From the NCBI GenBank assembly GCA_964657445.1, contig CAZZVB010000002.1:5179-58125 (forward strand): a DNA stretch of 52,947 bases, written 5' to 3'. The DNA comes from an uncultured Burkholderiaceae bacterium (lineage in GTDB: Bacteria; Pseudomonadota; Alphaproteobacteria; Acetobacterales; Acetobacteraceae). Of the stretch, positions 18,615 to 27,162 are shown one piece after another; positions within the stretch are counted from its first letter, which is position 1; each line of letters starts with the position of its first letter. The notes beneath the pieces are model-generated. The model was given only the letters and a program-made list of their open reading frames with translations, did not search any database and was not told the DNA's origin. A program made the translations under genes and the position numbers.

Positions 18615-20522
18615 ATGCCGTTCCCGTTCGACATCGACGGCGGGCTCCTGCTCGCCCTCGTGCGTGGTGCGACGGCGGCGGCGCTGCTGTCCCTGTTCGG
18701 CACGCTGTCGTTCGCCGCTTTCGTCATCCCGCGCGCGGCGCGGACCTTCTCAACGGGCGTGGCCATCACGATCGATCGCCGGCTGGCTGTGCTGAGTTGG
18801 GTGAGCCTCGGGCTAGGGGTGCTTAGCGCCCTACTGTGGCTGGTGTTCCAGTCGGCCGATATGGCCGGGTCGATGACGCCACGCCAGGTGTGGGCGGCGT
18901 TGCCGGACGTGACCATGGGGACGTCCTTCGGCCACACCATCCTGCTGCAGCTTGCTGCCCTGGTTGCGACCGCCGTCTCGTTGACGTTCGGCCGCCGCCG
19001 GATTGCCTGGGCAGTCGCGATGGCGGCGATTGCGACGGCTTTGCAAGCCGGCCATAGCCATGCGGCTTCGATGTATGCCGGGCCGAACCTGCTGCTCGCG
19101 TCCGACGTGGTTCACCTCTGGGCGGCCGGCGCTTGGCTTGGCGGGCTGCTGCCTTTGCTGATCGTTGTCCAGGCGGCCTCCCCGGGCGCCGGGGCAACGG
19201 CGGCGCGGTGGTTCTCCCCACTCGGGCAGCTCTGCCTGGTGGCGATGACCGTCACGGCAGCCTTCCAAGGCTGGGTGATGGTGGCGAGCATCCCGGGCCT
19301 GCTCGGCACCGGGTATGGCTGGATGGCACTGGTCAAGCTGGTGCTGTTCGGCGTGCTGTTCGCCTTTGCCTGGGTAAACCGCTACCGGCTGGCCCCCGCC
19401 CTGCTGCGGGATCGCCCTGCCCGAGCGAAGCGGTTGCTGGTGCGCAGCGTGGGCGTTCAAGCCATGTTCGGTCTTGCGATCGTGGCGGCCGCCTCGGTGC
19501 TGAGCAGCCTGCCTCCGGCAATGCACGAACAGGCGGTATGGCCGTTCGCCAGCCGCGTCACCCTGGACACCGTTCAGGAAGACCCGGAGTTCATGGCCGA
19601 ATTGTCCTGGGCGCTGGCGTCGCTCGGCGGGTCGCTGATCCTGCTGGCGGCGGCCGCGGCGCTGCGGCGGGTGTGGACGGGTCTGCGCTGGGGCATGGCG
19701 GCGGTGGCTTGCCTGGTCGCGTGGTTCGCGGTGCCGCACCTCGGCCTGCTGTTCGTGCCCGCATATCCGACCAGCTATTTCCATTCCCCCACCCTTTTCG
19801 CGGCGACCGGCATTGTGCAAGGCGCGGAGCGATTTCCGGACCTCTGCGCGAGCTGTCACGGTGCGGCAGGCCGCGGTGACGGACCTGCCGCGAAAGGCTT
19901 GCCGGTGCCTCCGGCCGATCTCACGGCGGCACATCTCTGGATGCATAGCGACGGCGACTTGTTTTGGTGGCTGACGCACGGGATCGATGCGCCGGAGGGC
20001 GGCCTGGCAATGCCGGGCTTCGCGTCTGCCCTATCGCCGGACGACCGTTGGGACATGATCGACTACATCCGGGCCAACAACGCCGGTCTGGCCTTTCACG
20101 CGACGGGGCAATGGCCGCAGCCGCTGCAAGCGCCGGAATTCCAGGCGGTCTGCAAGGATGGCCGCACCGTCGGGCTTGCCGACCTGCGGGGCGGCTTCGT
20201 GCGGCTTGTATTCGGGCAGGGCATGGCCGCGCCCGGAGTGACCACGATCGTTGCAGGCCCGGCCGCATATCCAGCACCGGGTCTCTGCGTGGTCAGCGGC
20301 GACACCGTGGCACGCGCCTACGCGATCGTGGCGGGCCTATCGCCGGCGGGCATGGACGGTACGGAGTTCCTGATCGATGCGTCCGGCTGGTTGCGCGCCA
20401 TGCAACCGCCGGGTGCCGCGCCGGGCTGGAGCGATCCTGCCGTGCTGATGGCCGCCCTGCGCGATCTTGCAGCGCATCCTCTGGCCGATCGCGCGCCGAT
20501 GAAGATCAATATGCAGATGTAG
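18615..20522 (+). CDS. copD: CopD-family inner-membrane copper transporter fused to cytochrome c and a degenerate thioredoxin-like domain
   Basis: GHSHA, HLWAAGAWLGGL, FS, YGWMALVK (CopD); CASCHG, PPADLT, HSDGDLFWW, MPGF (cytochrome c); TEFLIDASGWLR tail. Confidence 0.85.
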   Translation: MPFPFDIDGGLLLALVRGATAAALLSLFGTLSFAAFVIPRAARTFSTGVAITIDRRLAVLSWVSLGLGVLSALLWLVFQSADMAGSMTPRQVWAALPDVTMGTSFGHTILLQLAALVATAVSLTFGRRRIAWAVAMAAIATALQAGHSHAASMYAGPNLLLASDVVHLWAAGAWLGGLLPLLIVVQAASPGAGATAARWFSPLGQLCLVAMTVTAAFQGWVMVASIPGLLGTGYGWMALVKLVLFGVLFAFAWVNRYRLAPALLRDRPARAKRLLVRSVGVQAMFGLAIVAAASVLSSLPPAMHEQAVWPFASRVTLDTVQEDPEFMAELSWALASLGGSLILLAAAAALRRVWTGLRWGMAAVACLVAWFAVPHLGLLFVPAYPTSYFHSPTLFAATGIVQGAERFPDLCASCHGAAGRGDGPAAKGLPVPPADLTAAHLWMHSDGDLFWWLTHGIDAPEGGLAMPGFASALSPDDRWDMIDYIRANNAGLAFHATGQWPQPLQAPEFQAVCKDGRTVGLADLRGGFVRLVFGQGMAAPGVTTIVAGPAAYPAPGLCVVSGDTVARAYAIVAGLSPAGMDGTEFLIDASGWLRAMQPPGAAPGWSDPAVLMAALRDLAAHPLADRAPMKINMQM

Positions 20523-20616
20523 GGCAGCAGCGCAGGCCCAAATGCCGTCGCTGCGGGGAACCCGACGGCCCCTCCGAACGCTTGTCCGCCGGCACTCCGC
20601 CGCGGATGGGCATTCA

Positions 20617-22809
20617 ATGGGTCAGTCGAGCAGTATCCGGATCGAGGAAGGCCGGCCTTTCCCACAAGGCGCAACCTGGACCGGACTGGGTGTGAATTTC
20701 GCCCTGTTCTCCGCCCACGCGACGAAAGTCGAACTGTGCCTGTTCGATGATAGCGGCGAGACAGAACTAGGGCGCGTGGCCCTCCCGGAATACACCAACG
20801 AGATCTGGCATGGCTTCCTGCCCGACGCTCGGCCGGGGACGGTGTACGGGTATCGCGTGCACGGCCCGTATGAGCCGGAAAACGGACATCGATTCAACCC
20901 CAACAAGCTGGTGCTGGACCCCTACGCAAAGGCCGTCATTGGCCAGATCACCTGGGCGCCGGAGCTGTTCGGCTACGTCATGGGGCAGGAAGACACCACC
21001 TACGACGAGCGTGACAGCGCCAAGTTCATGCCCAAGGGCCGCGTCATCGACCCGGCCTTCACATGGGGGGAGGACCGTGCCCCGCGCATTCCGTGGGATC
21101 AGACCGTCCTCTACGAAACCCACGTCAAAGGCTACACCAAGCTGCACCCGGCGGTGCCCGAAGAACTTCGCGGCACATTCCGCGGCCTCGTGACCCCGGA
21201 AGTGGTCCGCTACATCAAGGAACTCGGCGTCACCAGCGTGGAACTGCTGCCAATCCACATGTTCGCGGATGACAGCTACCTGATCGAAAAGGGGCTGGTG
21301 AACTACTGGGGCTATTCCACCCTGTCATTCTTCGCACCAAGCCGGCGCTACGCCAGCGTGCCGGACTTTGCGTTTTCTGAATTCAAGGAGATGGTCAGCA
21401 GGTTCCACGCCGCCGATATCGAGGTGATCCTCGACGTGGTGTACAACCATACCTGCGAAGGCAACGAGAAGGGCCCGACCCTGTCGTTCAAGGGCGTGGA
21501 CAACGCCAGCTACTACCGCCTGCTGCCCGATCAAAAGCGCTACTACATCAATGATACGGGCACCGGGAACACGGTGAACCTGTCCAATGCGCGCGTCATC
21601 CAGATGGTGATGGACAGCCTGCGCTATTGGGTCACCGAAATGCACGTGGACGGCTTCCGGTTTGACCTGGGAACGATCCTGGCGCGCGAAACCTACGGCT
21701 TCGACCAGGAAAGCGGTTTCCTGCGTGCCGTCGGACAGGACCCGGTGCTGAGCCAGGTGAAGATGATCACCGAGCCATGGGATTGCGGCCCCGGCGGCTA
21801 CCAGGTCGGCGGCTTCCCGCCCGGTTGGGCGGAGTGGAACGACCGCTATCGCGACAACGTCCGCGCCTACTGGAAAGGCGACGCCGGCAAGATCAAGGAT
21901 TTTGCTACGCGCTTCACCGGCAGCAGCGACTTCTTCAATCACCGCGGCCGGCCCGCCTGGTCATCGATCAACTTCCTCACCGCGCATGACGGTTTCACGC
22001 TGAACGACTGGGCGTCGTACAACGAGAAACACAACGAGGCGAACGGCGAAGACAACAAGGACGGCAACAGCAACAACGAGAGCTGGAACTGCGGCGCCGA
22101 GGGGCCGACTGACGACCCGGACATCAACGGGATCCGCGAGCGCCAGATCAAGAACATGCTCGGCACGTTGCTGCTGTCCCGCGGGACGCCGATGATCCTC
22201 GCCGGCGACGAGTTCGGCCGCACTCAAAACGGCAACAACAATGCCTACTGCCAAGACAATGAGATCAGTTGGCTCGATTGGAACCTGGAGGAGAAAGGCA
22301 AGCACCTCGTCCACTTCGTTCGCAAAGTAAACGAGTTGCGTCGCAAGCTGCCAATCCTGCACCGCTCGCGCTTCCTGACCGCGGAGTGGAACGAGGAGCT
22401 AGGCGTCAAGGACGTCACCTGGATGAAGCCGACTGGCGAGGAGATGGACCAGGCAGCGTGGGACGATGAGAACACGCGCTGCATCGGTATCCTGTTGGAC
22501 GGGCGAGCCCAGGTATCTGGCATCAAGCGCCGGGGATCGGACGCAACGGTGCTGATCATCGTCAACTCGTATCATGACGGCGTGCCGTTCAAGCTGCCGG
22601 AGGTTCCAGGCGGCTTGGCGTGGCATTGTTCGATCGACACCAACCTTGAGGGTGACCCGCGCGACGTGCATTTCGAATTCGGCGCCGAATACATCGTTAC
22701 CGGGCGTTCCCTGCTGCTGTTCGAGCTGGAGCTGGACAAGGCCTACATGGAGGCACGCGCGCAGTCGCCGGCGCCTGGCGTCGCCGATTTGGGAAGGAGC
22801 CGGGCATGA
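20617..22809 (+). CDS. glgX: Glycogen debranching enzyme GlgX (GH13 isoamylase)
   Basis: GVNFALFS, NYWGY, DVVYNHT, VDGFRFDL, EPWD, TAHDGFTL, GNNNAYCQDN. Confidence 0.95.
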   Translation: MGQSSSIRIEEGRPFPQGATWTGLGVNFALFSAHATKVELCLFDDSGETELGRVALPEYTNEIWHGFLPDARPGTVYGYRVHGPYEPENGHRFNPNKLVLDPYAKAVIGQITWAPELFGYVMGQEDTTYDERDSAKFMPKGRVIDPAFTWGEDRAPRIPWDQTVLYETHVKGYTKLHPAVPEELRGTFRGLVTPEVVRYIKELGVTSVELLPIHMFADDSYLIEKGLVNYWGYSTLSFFAPSRRYASVPDFAFSEFKEMVSRFHAADIEVILDVVYNHTCEGNEKGPTLSFKGVDNASYYRLLPDQKRYYINDTGTGNTVNLSNARVIQMVMDSLRYWVTEMHVDGFRFDLGTILARETYGFDQESGFLRAVGQDPVLSQVKMITEPWDCGPGGYQVGGFPPGWAEWNDRYRDNVRAYWKGDAGKIKDFATRFTGSSDFFNHRGRPAWSSINFLTAHDGFTLNDWASYNEKHNEANGEDNKDGNSNNESWNCGAEGPTDDPDINGIRERQIKNMLGTLLLSRGTPMILAGDEFGRTQNGNNNAYCQDNEISWLDWNLEEKGKHLVHFVRKVNELRRKLPILHRSRFLTAEWNEELGVKDVTWMKPTGEEMDQAAWDDENTRCIGILLDGRAQVSGIKRRGSDATVLIIVNSYHDGVPFKLPEVPGGLAWHCSIDTNLEGDPRDVHFEFGAEYIVTGRSLLLFELELDKAYMEARAQSPAPGVADLGRSRA

Positions 22810-23105
22810 GACGGCTTCTCCTAAGCATCGGCTTGCTGGCGGCATTCTGTGGGTTTGCGAACGCGCAGACCACAGGCGGACCAGCGGCAGCGCCGGTGAT
22901 CCAACCCGGCAACCATCAGCCTGTTGCTCCGGCAGCCGGCGCAGCGGGACAGTCCGACGTAGCAGCCAGTTCTGCAGCCCCGGTAAGCCGAGCCGATCGC
23001 GCCACAAAGCAGCAATCCGCTATTCCGGCTGGCAAACCCGGACAGAAAGCGCCCACCCAGGGTTCCAAGCCCAAGAGTTTTAACGCACCGATCAAAGCAG
23101 ACTAA
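22806..23105 (+). CDS. Small secreted low-complexity protein
   Basis: AAGGAG RBS, signal peptide ANA-Q, ATGA overlap with glgX; Ala/Pro/Gln-rich. Confidence 0.6.
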   Translation: MRRLLLSIGLLAAFCGFANAQTTGGPAAAPVIQPGNHQPVAPAAGAAGQSDVAASSAAPVSRADRATKQQSAIPAGKPGQKAPTQGSKPKSFNAPIKAD

Positions 23106-23172
23106 CGCGAGATCGTGCCCATTGGGATGGAAGCAGGGTCCATCACCATCCGCATCGGGCCAATGTTATTGT

Positions 23173-24801
23173 TCACGACTTGGCCGCTTCCTCCGCCACC
23201 AGCTCCTTCTTCGACAGCTTCCCGATCAATGTTTTCGGCAAGCTGTCGCGCAGTACGATCTCGCGGGGCAGTTCGATCTTGGACACATAGCGGCTCAGGT
23301 GGTCGCGCAGCATAGCGGCGGTCGCCTCGGTGCCGGGGCGGAGCACGACAAACGCCTTGGGCGCCTGGCCGCGATACGCGTCCGGCACGCCGATCACTGT
23401 CGCCTCGAGCACCGCCGGGTGCTCATACAGCGCGTCCTCCAATACGCGGGGATAGACATTGTAGCCACCGCACAGGATCACGTCCTTGATGCGATCGACT
23501 AGGAAAAGGTATCCCTCGGGATCGAGGTAGCCGATATCCCCGGTGCGCAACGCGCCATCCACGAACACGGCCGCGGTTTCCTCCGGACGGTTCCAGTAGC
23601 CGGCCATCACCTGCGGGCCGCGCACGCAGACTTCGCCGCGCTCACCGGCGGCCAGGAGTCGCTGCGGATCCGCCGGGTCGCGGATCTCGATGATCGTGTC
23701 GGCCATCGCGATCCCTGCCGAACCAGGACGCACGTCGCCGTCCGGCGGATTGCAGGACACGACGGGCGACGCCTCCGTCAAACCGTAACCCTCGACCAGC
23801 TTGCACCCGGTGTAGGAGATGAATCGGTCGCGCACCTCCGGCGGCAGCGGCGCCCCGCCCGATACGCTGAACCGCAGGGACCCGAGTTCCGCATCGCCGG
23901 TTTCCGCCGCGCCGTTGATGGCGTTGTAGATGGTTGGCACCGCGTTCATGATGGTGATCTTGCGGCGCTTCACCGTCCGCAGCATCGCCTTCAGCTCAAA
24001 CCGCGGTAGCATCACGATCTCCGCCCCGACATCGATGCCGTAGTTCAGCACCGACGTCATGGCGAAGACGTGGAAGAACGGCAGCACCGCAAGCACACGT
24101 TCCTGCCCGGGGTGAACGCTGCTCCAATGTCGGCGAACCTGGCTGCAGTTGGCCACCAGGTTCGCGTGGGTGAGCATTGCCCCCTTGGGCAGGCCGGTTG
24201 TGCCGCCGGTATATTGCAGCACCGCCAGATGGGACGGATCGATCGCGACCGGCGCAGGGGCGGCCGACGTGCGGACCAAATCGGCGTAGCGGACATGGAG
24301 CGCATCGCGCGGGATGCGGGCGAGCTGACGGCGCTTGAACAGCCGGAACAGCACGGACTTGGTGGCTGGCAGAATACCCGCCATCGGGCAGACCACCAGG
24401 TGCCGCAGCCCCACCTCGATCGCCACGTTCGCAACCCGGCGGTATGTCGCCTCAAGGTCCAGCACGACCATGATCGACGTGTCGGAGTCACGAATCTGCT
24501 GCGCCAGCTCCCGCTCGACATACAGCGGATTGAAGTTGACGACAGTGGCTCCGGCCCGCAGGGCGGCGAAGTAGAAGATCATGTAGTAGGGTGTATTGGG
24601 CAGGCACAACCCGACCTTGGTCCCCTGCACCACCCCCATCGCTTGCAGCCCCGCGGCGGCCCGATCGACCAGCGCGCCCAACTCGTCATAGCGCCATCTA
24701 CGGCCCAGGAACTCCATCGCGGGCCGGTCGGCGAAGCGCGCGACCGCAAGCTGGAACAGATCCCCTAGGGTTCCCGACCGCATCTGCGTGTCGTCCAGCA
24801 T
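23173..24801 (-). CDS. Long-chain fatty acid--CoA ligase (FadD-like)
   Basis: LQYTGGTTGLPKG AMP-binding motif, EGYGLTE, RTGDIG, GYNVYP, LPKTLIGK. Confidence 0.92.
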   Translation of the reverse strand: MLDDTQMRSGTLGDLFQLAVARFADRPAMEFLGRRWRYDELGALVDRAAAGLQAMGVVQGTKVGLCLPNTPYYMIFYFAALRAGATVVNFNPLYVERELAQQIRDSDTSIMVVLDLEATYRRVANVAIEVGLRHLVVCPMAGILPATKSVLFRLFKRRQLARIPRDALHVRYADLVRTSAAPAPVAIDPSHLAVLQYTGGTTGLPKGAMLTHANLVANCSQVRRHWSSVHPGQERVLAVLPFFHVFAMTSVLNYGIDVGAEIVMLPRFELKAMLRTVKRRKITIMNAVPTIYNAINGAAETGDAELGSLRFSVSGGAPLPPEVRDRFISYTGCKLVEGYGLTEASPVVSCNPPDGDVRPGSAGIAMADTIIEIRDPADPQRLLAAGERGEVCVRGPQVMAGYWNRPEETAAVFVDGALRTGDIGYLDPEGYLFLVDRIKDVILCGGYNVYPRVLEDALYEHPAVLEATVIGVPDAYRGQAPKAFVVLRPGTEATAAMLRDHLSRYVSKIELPREIVLRDSLPKTLIGKLSKKELVAEEAAKS

Positions 24802-24852
24802 CTCGTTTCCCCGGCGTTTCTTGGTCTCCCATCATAGGGAGACAGCGCTGGA

Positions 24853-25290
24853 TCATCCAGGGCGGCGTAAAAACCGTGCAAATGCACTGAGCGTAGCGTC
24901 CGACACGTAATGCTCGATGCCCTCCGCGTCGCTCTCTGCGGCTTCGAATGGCACGCCCACCGCGAGCAGCAGATCGACGACCACGCGATGCCGGGTCCGC
25001 ACCCTATCGGCTAGCGCCTGCCCGGCGTCGGTCAGAAACACGCCGCGATACGGTTTGCCGGTGGCCAGCCCTTCGCGCCGCAGCCGCGCGATCGTTTTGA
25101 CCGCAGTCGCATGGGAGACGCCGAAACGCCTGGCGATGTCGGTCGCACGCGCCTCGCCGCCGTTGGTGAGCAGATCGGAGATCAGCTCCGCATAGTCTTC
25201 CAGCATCGCGGCGCCGCGGGCGGTGCGCGTCCGCTCGAACCGTTCGGCCTGGGTCGGCTCCTCCGGCAGGGTTTGATCACTCGCTGACAT
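24853..25290 (-). CDS. mntR: Manganese-dependent transcriptional regulator MntR (DtxR family)
   Basis: EDYAELI, DIARRFGVSHAT, PYRGVFLT, RHRVV, DAEGIEH; short E. coli-type MntR. Confidence 0.92.
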   Translation of the reverse strand: MSASDQTLPEEPTQAERFERTRTARGAAMLEDYAELISDLLTNGGEARATDIARRFGVSHATAVKTIARLRREGLATGKPYRGVFLTDAGQALADRVRTRHRVVVDLLLAVGVPFEAAESDAEGIEHYVSDATLSAFARFLRRPG

Positions 25291-25416
25291 GTCCAGGTCC
25301 TAACCTAGAACCTGTGTAGCAGGACGCCCGGCGTAGAACAAAATCATGCCCTCGCGTGGATTTGAGCCTCACAGCACAGGATGCACTACCGGCAATGATC
25401 CCATGCGTATTGATCT

Positions 25417-25439
25417 AAGTGTAGCTTAGGCTACAGTTT
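25417..25439. promoter_or_regulatory. MntR operator
   Basis: TGTAGC-TTAG-GCTACA palindrome (25420-25435) matches the proteobacterial MntR box TAGC-N4-GCTA; lies between divergent mntR and the NRAMP-like gene. Confidence 0.8.
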
Positions 25440-25457
25440 GGGTGCATATCCAGACGG

Positions 25458-26858
25458 ATGACACCCCAGGCTGGAAAGACCATCGTGAGTGAGACAGCCT
25501 TGATCTCCGGCCAAACCCCACGAGAGGTACGCGCACAGGCCGCTTACGTCCGCGAGGACCTGCTTCGGGCGCGTGACCGGGCCAAGGTTGCTCAGAACCG
25601 CGAATCTGGACGGCTGTTGCGCGTCCTTTGGCTGCTGGCGGGGCCGGGCGTCCTTGTCATGCTGGGCGAGAATGACGGGCCCAGCATGGTGTCCTACGCC
25701 ACCACAGGAGCCACCTACGGGATCGGCTTCTTCGTGCCATTCATCCTCCTCACCTTCGTCATGGCGTTCGTGGTGCAGGAGATGACGGTGCGGCTGGGCG
25801 TTGCCACGCATCGCGGCCATGCCGAACTGATCTTCCAGCGTTTCGGCCCTTTTTGGGGCTACTTCTCCATGGCCGATTTGGTGATCGGGAACGTGCTGAC
25901 CCTGGTGACGGAATTCATCGCGATCCAAGCGGGCGGGCTGTATTTCGGTATCCCGGCCTGGCTATCGGTCACGGCTGGCATCCTCCTGGTCGTCGCGTCG
26001 CTCGGCCTGCGGCGCTATGCGACGTGGGAGCGTGCGTTGATGGTGCTGGCCGCGTTCAACCTGCTGTTTATCCCGGCGGCGCTCTACGCCAAGCCGGACG
26101 GGGCGGCTCTGGTCCATGCGGTGGCGACGTGGGGCCCGCTGCCCGGCGGCTTCGGCACCGGGTTCGTGACGCTGCTGCTGGCCAATATCGGCGCCACGGT
26201 CACACCGTGGATGATCTTCTTCCAGCAAAGCGCGGTGGTGGACAAAGGCTTGACCAAGGCTGATTTGACGCAGGGGCGGATGGACACTGCAATCGGCGCG
26301 TGCGTCGCGGCCATGACCGCAATCGCCACCGTGGCGGCCACGGCGCCGCTCTTTGCCGCCCATGTGGATGTGTCGCAGTTCGCCAACGGCGCAGATTTCG
26401 CCACCGCCTTGAGGCCGCTGCTCGGCACCACGGGCGCCACGCTGTTCGCGCTGGGGATCTGCGAAGCGGGGTTGCTGGCAGCGATGACGATCTCCACGAG
26501 TTCGTCCTATGCGCTGGCGGAGACGGTGTCGGCTGGGCACAGCCTCAACCTGGGATTTCAGGAAGGGCGGCTGTTTTACGGGGTAGCGATCGGGTCCTCC
26601 ATACTGGCAGGTGCGATTGTGCTGATCCCCGGCGCGCCGCTTCTGGCGATGACGCTGACGGTGAACGTGATCGCAACCATGCTGATGGCACCGGCCCTGC
26701 TGTTCCTGCTGCTACTGGTCAATGACCGGGAGATCATGGGCAGCCTCGCCAACCGCTGGCGAGCCAACCTTGCAGGCGGCACGATCGTCGTCGGCATCTC
26801 ACTGGTTGGCGCGCTGTACGGTGTGATCACTGTTTTTCCCGGCCTGCTCGGGAAGTAG
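25458..26858 (+). CDS. NRAMP-family-related divalent metal transporter
   Basis: GPG..GENDGPSMVSYA, QEMTVRLG, RFG, TEF, NIGATVTPWMIFFQQS, ND.EIMG; about 11 TM segments. Confidence 0.88.
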   Translation: MTPQAGKTIVSETALISGQTPREVRAQAAYVREDLLRARDRAKVAQNRESGRLLRVLWLLAGPGVLVMLGENDGPSMVSYATTGATYGIGFFVPFILLTFVMAFVVQEMTVRLGVATHRGHAELIFQRFGPFWGYFSMADLVIGNVLTLVTEFIAIQAGGLYFGIPAWLSVTAGILLVVASLGLRRYATWERALMVLAAFNLLFIPAALYAKPDGAALVHAVATWGPLPGGFGTGFVTLLLANIGATVTPWMIFFQQSAVVDKGLTKADLTQGRMDTAIGACVAAMTAIATVAATAPLFAAHVDVSQFANGADFATALRPLLGTTGATLFALGICEAGLLAAMTISTSSSYALAETVSAGHSLNLGFQEGRLFYGVAIGSSILAGAIVLIPGAPLLAMTLTVNVIATMLMAPALLFLLLLVNDREIMGSLANRWRANLAGGTIVVGISLVGALYGVITVFPGLLGK

Positions 26859-26868
26859 GAACGCCCGC

Positions 26869-27063
26869 ATGATACCCTCCACCGACCTGTCCAACATTCT
26901 CGATCCCGCGCAGTTCGCGCATGCGCGCAGTCAGCGCTTGCCCCGGCGCAGGCTCGGGCGTGGAATTACCGCGCTGCTCGTTCTGCTGCGCGTCTACGTC
27001 GTCGTCGCCATCCCCATTGTGGTCTATGCCTTTGTTCACGCGCTTGGATCGCCAACGCCCTGA
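26869..27063 (+). CDS. Small membrane protein (64 aa)
   Basis: AGGAA RBS 10 nt after the transporter stop; basic stretch then LLRVYVVVAIPIVVYAFV helix. Confidence 0.7.
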   Translation: MIPSTDLSNILDPAQFAHARSQRLPRRRLGRGITALLVLLRVYVVVAIPIVVYAFVHALGSPTP

Positions 27064-27162
27064 CCAGCGAGAATGGGGTTCCGGCTTCATTGTCCGGGTG
27101 CTCAGGTTTGGCTGCTTAGGCTGGAGGCTGCCATAAACCCAAGAAGATTTGGTTCTTGAATT

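Noticed and set aside
20557-20582. GGAAC-N17-CGCT, a possible EcfG/SigT stress promoter before glgX
   Set aside because: The -10 deviates from CGTT and the site overlaps a GCCGTCG/CGACGGC hairpin; too weak.
27111-27126. GCTTAGGCT, identical to the centre of the MntR box, upstream of the porin
   Set aside because: The conserved TAGC/GCTA arms are replaced by CTGC/GCTG, so it is not a convincing site.
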